A stretch of DNA of 43,054 bases from Proteromonas lacertae (taxonomy: Eukaryota): assembly GCA_002245135.1 (NCBI GenBank), contig NGBS01000056.1, positions 1 through 43,054 on the forward strand, in the 5' to 3' direction. Under the pieces are notes generated by a model. It was given only the letters and a program-made list of their open reading frames with translations, was not told the origin of the DNA and did not search any database. A program made the position numbers and the translations under genes. Below are positions 11,159 through 23,643 of this stretch, piece after piece (within the stretch, counting starts at the first letter, position 1; every line of letters starts with the position of its first letter).

Positions 11159-14100
11159 ATGAGTTCTATTTTAGACTGTTTGCCAGAAATTGATGATAAA
11201 GATGTGCCATTTGTAAGAACCAGGGAATTGTTAAACCAAAACAATTCAAGTTTATTAAAAATAGGTATTTATCAAAAAGAGTTGGTGGGAGTGTGGAAGA
11301 TTAGAATACAAGTGTATAAAGTAAAAGAAAAGCTTGGAATAGGGTATTCTCAATCAGCAAAAAACTTAAATTGCTCTAAAATGGTAAAGTTAATCAAAAC
11401 ACACTCACTAGCCGATCCGACAGATAATAATGGAATACTTGAAGTAGCAATAAGCAATTTGACAGAAGGTGCAATATATCAAATAATATACGATATGGAA
11501 GGACATACAATGTCAATTAAAGAAGATTGTAAGGAAGATGATTATGTTATATGTAGATTGGAAGGTATACCTAGCCCAATATATCCTTTATTCGTTTTGT
11601 TTGATAAAAATGATGGTATTCAATTCTTGGATATTGATGAACCACTAGAAAGTAGAAAATCAGAAGATAATTTTATTAAAGTAGTCAACAGCTTAACAGT
11701 TGTAGAAGATAGTAAACTTAATGAAAGAAATGAAATTATTGATGGCGAAACAAGGATGTATTTAAAATTTGGTGATGATATCAATATATTTCAATTCCCA
11801 AAGAAGAAAATATACATCAGAGATTGTTATTATGATATGTTTCGTGATATTTGTAAGTGTATGTCAAAATATAAATATACAATCGTTAATGGTCAGCCTG
11901 GTATAGGTAAAACATCGTTTATTTATGTTTTGTTATTCCTATTAAAGAAGAATTTATCCTATCAATTTGATGAAGAGGAAAAGAACTATTTACATTTACA
12001 AGAGTTAAATAAGGAAAAGAGAAGTATTAAAAATTATTATGAAAATATAAATGGATATGTACTATCGTCAAATATAATGACCAGAAAGAAAGAATATGAA
12101 AAAGAAAAGAATAGAATATGCAATGAGTTATTAGGGAAGATAACAGCTTCATTAAATAAAATAAATGCCTCATTAGATAAAATAAATTCCTCATTAACAT
12201 CAGATACTGAAAAAGTAAATGAAAATAATAGTAATGCAGAAACAAAAATTCAATCAAATAAAATAAAAAGAATTGAAGAAAAACTAATGTCAATGTCTGA
12301 TGAAATGAAAAAGTTTGGATTTAATTATTATATATTAGATGATAAAGTATGGAGAAGAGAGAATAAAACTGTTAAAGACATTTACGTAGTAAAAGGAAAG
12401 AAATATGAAGATGTCGGTGAAAGGAAGATATATTTATTTACAAATAGTCATCTCTATAAAATAGATATTAATGAAAGCGATATTAAAGATTCTATAATAA
12501 TAGTTGATACATTTAATGGTAACTTTGGATCTGGTAATATAGTTATATCGATCAGTTCTCCAGATGAACAAAACAATGATCACTATACAGTTGTTAATAA
12601 AACTATACAATTATATTTTGATTCTTTAACAGATGTAGAAATTTTAGAATGGTTTAAATACTGTATTGGTTTTGATATTGATGATTTAAAGAAATTTAAA
12701 GAAATATGCCAAAATTATGGTAATATTCCTCGACATATTTATAATCACCATTTATATAAAAGAAACTTTAATAGAGATTATTGGAAATATTATAAGCAGT
12801 TGATAGATGGTGCAGTAGGAACAACTAATTACAATAACTTTATACAAAATTATATGTACAAAAGTATGAATCAATTGGTGATAATATAAATGTAAGAAAA
12901 ATGGCATTAAAACAAATAATAGCATATGAGTTAAGTACTGAAATTATAAAGTTGATATATACAGATTCTAATAGTAAAGATACTGTTATTTTCCCTGATA
13001 CAAAATTCAAATTGAACTATGAAAAACAAGTCTATATTCATTATACTGGAAATGCATTACATTTAATTTATTACATATTGGATGAAATTAACTATTTTGA
13101 TTTGATAATTGAAGGAGTATTTATCAAAGTGTTATTAGATGATGAAGAGTTTGATAAAGAGAGTATACCTGATGATATAAGGAAAGAAATGGAAGAATCT
13201 ATAAGAGTATGGATATAATATATATTTATAATAAAATAGGAATACAGTGAGATTAAAAGTGGTGTATTTAAATATTGTTTAATAAGACAGCATAAAGTAT
13301 ATGGTTTTGATTATAGATTTCCTGTTACAGTACCAAAAGTATCATCATCATTATCAACACCAATACAAGCAGTAACAACATATGATGATGGTAATGACTT
13401 TGTGTTAATGAGAAGATGTTTCGATGGTATATTACAATATCTTAATCTTAGTATGAATTATGAAAATCAAAGAAATTTTTTAATATTTGGCCAAAAAAAA
13501 ATTGGTAAATCCAAATTAGCTAAAATTATTATAAACAAAATTCATGAAAATAATAAAGATATTCGAATAGATTTTAGATGTAGTGATGGGCAATCTAATC
13601 CTAGTAAGTATGATTATTTTGAATGTGAAAAAGATAATCCGTATATTGTTGTTTCTGATGGAGCTGTAATTGGAGAAGATGATTTTGCTGATGCAAAAAT
13701 GATAATAGTTTTAGCAAATCCATATGATGAAAAGTATAAAACATTTCAAAATAAAAGATGCCCTCTGATGATGTATATACCTCCATTTACAATAGAAGAA
13801 GTGAAACAAGTAATGAGATTGATAGAAGAGAGATCAAATGGTTGTAAAAATGAAATATTGGATTTATATCTTAAGAATTATGAATATTATGGAGGTATAA
13901 TTGGAAAATACGAAGATAATGAGAAAATATGTATGAGTGAAATAGAAATAGTGGATCAAAAACTAATTGAGAATATGATCCAAGGTATAAATATATCATC
14001 TATATCAAAAACAAAATATCAAAATATACTTATATATGAAACAGATGAAAATGATGTTACTAAATCTAATAATCTTCGATTTATATCTGATACAGTAAGA

Positions 14101-14802
14101 AATATTATATGTAATAGAGTATTAGCAATTGATACATTTGAAAAATGTGACAAAATGATAAATTTATTGTATGCAAATCCAACTGGAGATTTTGCTGGAA
14201 ATTTATATGAAAGAATAATATTATTTTTGATGAAAGAATCTACTGATTTTAGAAATTATATAGTTAATAAAATTAAAAAATTAAATAATTCTTTTAAAGG
14301 CAAAACAATTATTACAAATAATATAACTAATGAGAAAGATTTAAATCAAGAAATTGATTTATTCAAAAGATATCATGATGAAAATAAAATTCCTTTTATT
14401 GATTTAACTTATGCATCTTTCCCTGATATTAATGCATTAATTGGACCGTTTGGTATTCAAATTACTGTTAGTGATAAGCATAAATATGCACCTGAAATGA
14501 CAGTGGTTCTACAAAATTTATACTGGCTTTATGGACATAACTATAATTATCAAAGAGATTATTCAGTAACTAAGTTATGGTATGAATTTGGTTATATTGT
14601 AATAACTCCAAGAGAAAATGTTTATCTAATACAAGTAGATAGAAATATATGGGAATCATATCCAACATATTTTCAAGAGTTGACAAATGATCATTTAAAT
14701 GAGAATGAAAAAGAAAATTTAATGATAAAAACTCGTGATAAAGAACGAATAATGAAGATTGAATATGGAGAATTAAGAAAATATGTTAAAGTCAAAAAAT
14801 GA
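11159..14802 (+). CDS. Crinkler/RHS (CR)-like protein: SPRY-like N-terminus, two P-loop NTPase modules, C-terminal REase-like domain
   Basis: KIYIRDCY...IVNGQPGIGKTSFIY; second module FLIFGQKKIGKSK...MYIPPFTIEEV...YYGGI; GNLYERI...ASFPDINALIGPFGIQITVSDKH. The three track ORFs join through one frameshift (~12838-12887) and a 33-nt intron 13207-13239. Confidence 0.72.
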
Positions 14803-16571
14803 TTTTAGTAATATATATTTTCTTTTGTAGAATTTACATCTTTATATGAAAATTAGAACAAAATCTCCTCAGTAAGTTTATACATCCTCTCCATTCCAAT
14901 TCTTCTATCCGTTTTGCTCTCGTCTCTTGTACTGAAATCGACTTAATATCTCATAGGTAATTTTAACATCTTCCATAACCAAAATGCTATTCCTTAATAT
15001 GTAAAAATTTCATAATTACTAATGACATTCTATTTTTCCATTTTTTTGAAGAGATCTAAAATTATTTATATCATATCTGTTGTGCGCCGTTGAGCTAAAT
15101 GCGCCGTTGAGCGTTAAGAAGACTTTTTTCAATTCTAATATCATGAACGTAACCTCTGGCCTTTCAATATTAATAATCAACTTATTGCATTTACCTACTT
15201 AAAATTTATTTTGAAAAAACAGGCTTGAATGAGGCTTGAATAGATTTTTAATTTTTTCGTATTTAAGTGTCTTAACATCTAAATATGTGTGATTTAATTG
15301 CTTAAACAAACATGACTTTTGTTTATTTATTAATAATAATTATAATAATATTTCATTTGATGGACAGTTAATTATTATCACTCTTATTTATTTATTAAAT
15401 AAAAAGATAGATAACTTTGATAACGTATTATTATTTATAGATAATAATTTTAACAAATAATTCTTTTAATTACTTAATTATATATATTATTTATATTTTG
15501 TGTTTATTATTTATTTATTTATGCTGACAATTACTTTAATTATTGATTGATAAAAAAAATAAGATATAAAAATTTTTAGCTACTAAATACAAGCGAAAAT
15601 ATTGTTCATTTCATTTTTCATTCTACCCCATTCATAAATATTTGTAGCATGTGTTATTTTAACTATAATAATAACAACATAAATAATAAATAAATTATTT
15701 AATATTCAACAAGAAAAATCTACTTTCTATAATTCTTATTTGTAGTTCTTCCATTTCGAATGATAGATTTCTGTGTAAACTTAATTTAGTTTTATTATCA
15801 GCGAATATTATTTTTATGCTTGTCCCATTGCAGCATAGTGTATTAGGAAATAACATCTTGAGCGAATGACTTATAGTATTTGTAATATTCTTGACATATA
15901 TGTTGAAACTTTACAATTAATTATATTATACCTTTATATAGTCCGATTTCCTATTTAATAATACATTGAAATAAGTGACAACATAAGAAAAAAAAATAAT
16001 ATTCTTTTATATTCTCCGATTTCAAACTGTTTGTCATAATTTTTTGTATTTGATACTATTTTTGAATTGAATAATGTTAAACAGTAATAGAATTAATATG
16101 ATATTCGCCAGCATCGAACTTATTTTGTTAATATACCTGTGATTATATCGATTTCAACTAATGTTACACTTACTATCTATATATTATTATTTTCTAAATA
16201 TATTGAGTATAGTAACTACAGAATAAACTACAAAGAGCTATAGAGCCAACCAGACGAAATTGTTTCAAATATTCAAGTATTAAATCATATTTTGCTAAAT
16301 ATAACATTGAATCCTGTGATGCACAAACATAACTATATATGATAATACGAATTAGTCTCGATTTAGACATTTTAGGTCATTTTTATCATATTTCACTTCA
16401 TAGCTCCATATATTATCAGCCGTTAATTCACAATTTATAACAGAACCTATTAGATAAGTATATAGTGCATATACAATGCGTAGGCTCAAAAAATAAAAAT
16501 CAAGATAGTTTGTCAAATCAAAAGCTTGTGTTAAGAAATTTATTTTGCTTTTTTCTCATCCATTATCAGCT

Positions 16572-16799
16572 TAATAACAAAATAAACTGGAGATCCTAAG
16601 TGCAGTGATAATGCATAACTGATTTATGCACATAAAAGCGAAATGCAAAAATAGAGATTAATTATGTTTTCAATTAGAAATAAGAAAGCTTCAATTTTTT
16701 TAGAATAGATTAGTTATATGTTTTTGACCTAATTAAGTTTAATATCGAAGTTTAGAAACTATCGGACTAGCTAAAAAAAAGTAAGGCTCAAAATTTGAA
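16572..16799 (+). repeat. Dispersed degenerate repeat, copy 2
   Basis: Same orientation as copy 1, about 6.4 kb downstream. Confidence 0.75.
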
Positions 16800-17289
16800 C
16801 CTTAGGCTGAAAATACAAATTCTCCATTTTCTCTTATAAAATCCAATTCTCTCTCAAAAACCAACCTTATCTTATACAACAACATTTCTAATATGATATT
16901 GAATATTATGACTGTTCAATTTCCCTTTTTCTATGCTTAAGTTTGTTGTACATCTATTTAGCGATGATAAAAATTGATAAAGAAAATTTGAAAAAGTGAG
17001 GCTAAAATAATATTAAATTTCTATATAACACATGTTATATGAACAGATAGGTGATATAAGTATTTTTGGTAAAAAATATCTAGTATAGCAAATTGTATTT
17101 GATCATTTTATTCTAATGTGATATATTTATCTATAGCAAGTATATTCGTATATGTATTAACTTAATGAAGAAATGGTTCAATTAAACAATCATAATATAA
17201 CAAAATTATTATGTTGGAACATATAAATACACTATTAAAAGCTCTATTTCATAAACAATTAGTCTTTTCTTAATAGAAACAGCAAAATG

Positions 17290-20200
17290 AGATGAATTGA
17301 GTTATTTTGATGAAGTTCATACCATCCCATTCTATGTGATCGAAGAATGTATTGACAAAAAGTAAAATGGATTTTTGTATGTTTAGTTATAAAAACTCAT
17401 TAATTATCAAGTGACGATTAGTTATAAAAAACTTGAGCTTGAATAATATCTTCTGAAAATATCAAGATGAAGTTGAATTGTGATCCTGATATTGTTTGGA
17501 AAGAAGTATCTAAGAGAGCTGTTGAAGAAAGGGAGAGAAGACAATTCAGTATTCTTAATCATTTACTTGTTATTAGTTGAAACTAACAAAGGAGAATTAG
17601 CTGGCAAGAAATCCAATGCTACTAATGATGCTTGTGCAGGATTGACATATGATGAATTTTTAAAGGCTTGGAATGCAGTTATTAATCTTGAACTTCCAAC
17701 TGAGAAATTTGAAGATGATCCAATCTGTAAGATGTTGCATGAAGATGATTTGCCTAGAATTGTATATATCGATTCTTTCAAATTTCTAAATTAAAATAGA
17801 TTGATGCTACTAACCACTTATGGACTGAACTTGGGTATTTATTAATTGTATCATTACACGAACCAACTCGTAAATTGCTTCATCCATTGTTTAGAAGAAT
17901 TGAAACCATCTTTATAACATTATTAGGTAGTCATCACGATGCTTTAAGAGAAGGTTCTGTAAGATTATTGAATGTGTTATATGATGGTCATAACTGGCAG
18001 TCTTCAAAGGCATTTCCATGTAAAATGGCTTGTGTTGGTGATGATTTTGATGTCAAGTGTAGTATCAAAGATTACCATCCAGAAAATGAATATTACCTTT
18101 ATATTGCAACAACACCTTATAATTTCAAGGTTATTGAAGATTGTAACACCCCTGTTGCTGATTACGTTGAAGGATTTGCTCCAATAATAACAACACATAC
18201 ATTAAATGTGGTAAAAGAAGATGATGGAAAATTCTCATTAATTCCAACACACAAATTGATGGCCTTCCCGAAATCAGGTTATTTCGATTACAAGATCGTC
18301 GAAATCGAGAAATCCAGCAATGAAATAATCTGTAATATAATAAAGAATGGAAGATATGTGGTATATCGACAAGGATTACTAAATGAGAGATGGCATGAGG
18401 TTGTAATCGATTTAGAAGGTATTCAATGGGATGAAACTCAAGGAAACAACGGTATAATCACAAAAAGAGGAACATTTGCAGATGTAACTGACGCATTGAG
18501 TGAATATAAAGAAGAAGACAATATCACTTCACTCTATTTAATGGGAGTATTAGATAGAGATAATGGTGGAGAAAGTATCAACGACAAATTAGTGTATAAA
18601 AGACCAGATGCTAGTCCAATTGCATTAATCGACAGGACTCAGATATGTAAGATGGTAGGTGGAGATCAACAATTACGTACCTTAATGGACACAGCTGATG
18701 AATTAGATATTAATGTCAGTATACAATATGAAGGTAATATTAGTGCAAGTAGATATCATCGAAAATATAGAGATTTGTTATGTTATACATTAGATTTAGA
18801 TGGACAAATAATCAACCACAAAGGTACAGATGGTAAAGAGAATCAATGGGAAGACCAATTGCTATTAAATTACCGTAAGATTGAGACTTGGGATATATTT
18901 ATTGATGATTTATTATACTTAATAAGAAGATATGGTATTAATGGTTGTCATATAAGAGAAGCTCAAAGTTATCCAATTATATTATATCCTGAACTGAAAG
19001 AATTAACAAGAAAAGACTCTGATAATCAAGATCATTATAATCTATTAGAAATAATACAAGGCTCAATTGTTGAAAGTAATATTGAAAATGGTTATTGGAA
19101 AACTCAAGCCGCAACAAGTTTTGGATATCCCAATCCCTTCTTTATTAGATTAAATAAAAGAATTGCTATTGAGAATGATTCATTCTTATTCACTGGAGAT
19201 TCACATTGGGATAGAGATCCATCTTTAGTGATTAGTGGAATATTACCATATTCCAACAAATTAGCATCTTCAATGGCATTATTATGCGATAGACAGATTA
19301 TGAAGAGTGGTACAGTCTTATACCATCCACATGAACATGATATTAATCCATTATATTCATGGTTAAAGAATGAATTATCAACATCATCATTAATACCAGA
19401 AGATTCATTTAAATACTGTATAAGATATAGTTGTAATGAAACATTACCATATCCTGCTTTATTATATGGAAGAGGTGCTTGGACAGCTGTTGATTTATTA
19501 TTCACATTACCTGGTATTCCAATGACATTTATTGGTGAAGAAAGAGGAAAAGTATATCGTGTAGATTTAACCAATGTTTATAGTACAAATAATAACTTTA
19601 TTGAAGAAGAAAGAAAGAGAAAAGAGTTAATAAAGAAGGAGAGTGAAGCTGAGCAACATTTCCTAGATGATGATGAATTATGTGATGTTACTATTTGTTA
19701 TAATGAAAAGAATAATTTAGAGAATGAAATCACTGATTCTATATTATCAGTAGCTGTAGCTGGTTCATTCAATGGTTGGAGTATAGAATCACATCAAATG
19801 AAGAAAGGTAAAGATGGAAATTGGAAAATTAACTTCAAATTAGCACCAGAACGTTATTTGTACAAGTTAGTTATTAATGGAAATAAGTTCATTAATGATC
19901 CTGAGAATGAAGAATTAGCTTTAGATGGATTTGGTGGTAATAATAGTGTATTAAAAGTAACAAGTAAAAATGATCCTAGACCAAGAACTGAATCAATTGG
20001 ACATGTATTAACAGCAACAGAAAAGGCAGATGCTTGGTGGGGTAATGTAGAAATACCAAAAATGAAATTTTTGAAGAATGCCCCAAATTCAGATTTGAAA
20101 GATGATAATAATATTCAAAGAGTTCAATCATGGAGTAGTTTACAATCTGCTAGATTAAATGACACACCCAGAATAAGATCATTTGCAACGATGGATTCAA

Positions 20201-23200
20201 TCAAAGGATTAAGTGCATTAGAAAGTAAGACTCGAGCAGAACTTGGTCCAGAATATGGATTTGATTTATTTAAGATTAAATTACACTACAACCATCGTGA
20301 ACATATAAGAGATACCTATCCCGTATTTAAAGTAGGTAAAACTGTGTTATTAGAACCACAATATGATAAATATGATATATTTACATTTGCAAGATGTGTA
20401 GATACTCAAATGGCAGTGATTATAACGAATACAAGTGATCAATATCGTTGTCCAGCTATTGATTTTAGACCACTCGAACAGTATGTAGTTAAAATGCAAG
20501 GATGGAGTAGTCCAACTGAATTTATAGTGAATTGTAGTGAAAATGATTTATTGAATATGAATGTATTATTAACAAGAAGAAATATATTCTCTGATGATCC
20601 TTCAGAAGTTATAACTCCTAGAGAATTTATATTAGGTCAATCACCAGCTGGATTAAAACCACATTCATCTGTATGTCACTTGTATGAAAAATTAGAAATC
20701 AATAGTCAACCAGAAGGTAAGATTACTGAAGAAGAAAGGAATTTATATTACAGTTCAATTCATCGATTAGAGCAAACATTAAAAGGTACTTCAACTATAG
20801 CTTATGTACGTAGTTGGGCTTTAGATGATAATGGAAGAATGTTGCCTTTAGAACCAGAAGTGGTACAACAAATTAGATATAATCATATCTTTGAATTATT
20901 ACATATGGCATTAAGAGTTACATGGGCTAAAGAAGACAAGAACCATTTGAAGATATCCTTAAATCCAACATTCGATTCAAAGACATTTGGTAGAGATATA
21001 TCATCAATTGAAAGAGTATTTGATTTATTATTACATAAATTATGGCTATGGGATGATGCTAATAAAGAAGAAGAAACTTTGAAGGAAAATATTAAGAAAT
21101 CTGCATTTACATTACGTCAAAGTTTGTTCTTAGCTGCTCATGATAACAATATACCAAGTAATGAGATTTATCAATGGATTATTCAATTATATGCTAATCC
21201 AAAAGGTATAATAATAATAATTATATATATTATTTTATAGTTAATAAATATATTAAGATATTATGTAATGAGTTATTAGAGAATAATAAGTTAGGTCCAA
21301 TATTGTTTGTTACTCCTGAATTAGGTAGATGGAGTACAGTTGGTGGATTAGGTATATATATATATATTATCATAATCTTATATTATACTATTCTCTTAAA
21401 ATTTCTCAATAATTATACATAGATGATTTTATCTAATTTTTTATACTCATCTTTTAGTTTATTTTCATATTTTATATTATATTTATTATTATTTATTATC
21501 AATTATCCAAAAATAATAAAAATGACCAAAGAATTGTATAGTGTTAATGAAATTATTATGATATTAAAAATTACACCTAACCTTTTTAATCTATCTATAT
21601 ATATTTCTCATCATCATCATCATCTTCTTCTTCTATCTAAACTCTTATAATAATATGTATTGAATATTTAATAATATATCAATATATAGGTGTAATGGTT
21701 GATGAATTGTCCGAAAGGATTAGCACAATTAGGTTGTGATGTAACAGTCATATCTCCATATTATAATTGGAATAGAAAAGGTGAAACAGGATACTTGGAA
21801 AGAGATGGTATAAAGTTCGACAGTACAATTGAAGCCAGTGTAAGTCATGGTGCAAAGATACCATTAGGTATTCACAAAGGTACAGTCGATGGTGTAAAGT
21901 TAATATTTATGCACAACTTTGAAGCATTCCCAAGACCTTATCCAGGTGGTGATCCTGCTTATCAAATCCACTGTTTAGCTGTAATGGCAAAAGGTGCATT
22001 AGAATATTGTTGCCAATATCAATACTTCCCATCTGTAGTAATAACTAATGATTGGTTTACTGGTTTAACTGCTGGTTATGCAAGAGGAGGTTACTTTGGT
22101 GATCCATCTCCATTTAGAGATACATCATTCTTACATATTGCACATAATTTAGATCCAAGTTATGAAGGTAGAATCTATCCAAGTCCAGCTCAAGGTACTT
22201 TAGAATTTATACATGAAATGCCTTGGAATATATTGAAAGATCCTTATTGGAGTGGTAATGTGTTAAATCCAAGTAGAGCTGCAATATTAATGAGTGATAA
22301 TTGGTGCACAGTAAGTAGAAGTTATAGAGAAGATTTAAAGAGATCTTCACCATTAGCTAATCTATTAAATAGACATCCTAAACCATTTGGTTATCCTAAT
22401 GGTGTTATTATTGCAGAGAGACAAGCTAGATTAATGAAACTCGAACAAACAACTCATGAAGGTGCAAAAGCATTATTACAACAAAGATACTTTGGTTTTA
22501 AAGAAGGTGATAATTCTATTCCATTATATGCTTTCGTAGGTAGAATTACTGAGCAAAAGGGAGTTCATTTAATTGCCAATGCTGCAGAACAATTGATAGG
22601 TGAAAATGGTGGAAGAATATTATTCTTAGTAGGAGGAATGGCAACTGAAACTGATCCATATGCTCACGATGTTGCTAATAGTTTGAGATATTTACATAAC
22701 AAATATCCTAATAACTTTTGGGCTGATCCTGGAATGTTTTTCACTGATGGTCCATTGGTTAATTTAGGTGCTGATTTTGGCTTAATGCCAAGCTTGTTCG
22801 AACCTGGTGGTATTGTTCAACATGAATTCTTTGTAGCAGGAACTCCAGTTATTGCATTTAAAACAGGTGGTTTGAAAGATACTGTTCATGAATATGTTAA
22901 AGAGACAGGTACTGGTAATGGATTTACCTTTGAAAGTCACACCCATAGTGATTACGTAAATGCTGTTCATCGATCATTAGGAATATTCTATGAGAAGGAG
23001 CATTATAATAACTTGAGAATGTTAGCTGCAGCTGCATGTATTGATTTGAGTGATGTATCTTGGGCTTGGTATACTGAGTTCAACAGAATTAGAAGATGTA
23101 TATTAGGAATGACACCTGTTATATTGAGATATAATTACAGTGGAAAAGAAGATCCTAAATGTGTGGAGATTACAGGATCATTTTCTGATTGGAAAGAAAG

Positions 23201-23381
23201 CTTTAAGATGGAGAAAAGTAAAATACCTGGAAATTTCGAATTACAGGTATATTTGAAACCAGGAGTTTATCAATATAAATATAAGGTAGATAATGAGTGG
23301 AAAATCTCAAGAGGTTATCCAGTTGGCAAGGATCCAAAGACAGGACAATTAAATAATGTTGTTACAGTTGAAGATTATTAA
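17290..23381 (+). CDS. Glycogen/starch synthase GT5 fused to a GH13 amylase-like domain and two CBM48 modules (start uncertain, ~17290-17468)
   Basis: GH13-like GTFADV..ITSLYLMGV..LLLNYR..LFTLPGIPMTFIGEE; CBM48 VAVAGSFNGW..YLYKLVING; GT5 VTPELGRWSTVGGLG|VMVDEL, NDWFTGL, FVGRITEQKG, MPSLFEPGGIVQ, TGGLKDTV; C-terminal CBM48 ITGSFSDW..YQYKYKVDNEW. Introns include 17762-17799, 21206-21240 and 21352-21689. Frameshift near 21715. Confidence 0.9.
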
Positions 23382-23643
23382 AATAATTCTATTATTTCTT
23401 TAATACTATATTATTCGATTCTTTAGTTCTTTTGGGTTTTAGAGTGGAAATTTTTCATTATGAAATTAGTTTGAAAGTTTAGATAAGAATTCCATATGTT
23501 ATTGCTCAAAACATTTATTTATTTACATCATATTTTCAAGGTATGATGGTTATACATCTAAAAAAATAGAAACACAATTAATGAATGTTTGTCAAAAGCT
23601 TGATTTAAACTTTTTTTTTGCATTTTAAAAACACACTTTTTTT

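Noticed and set aside
21423..21650. 75-aa ORF with poly-His
   Set aside because: Lies inside the 338-nt intron and derives from low-complexity microsatellite sequence.
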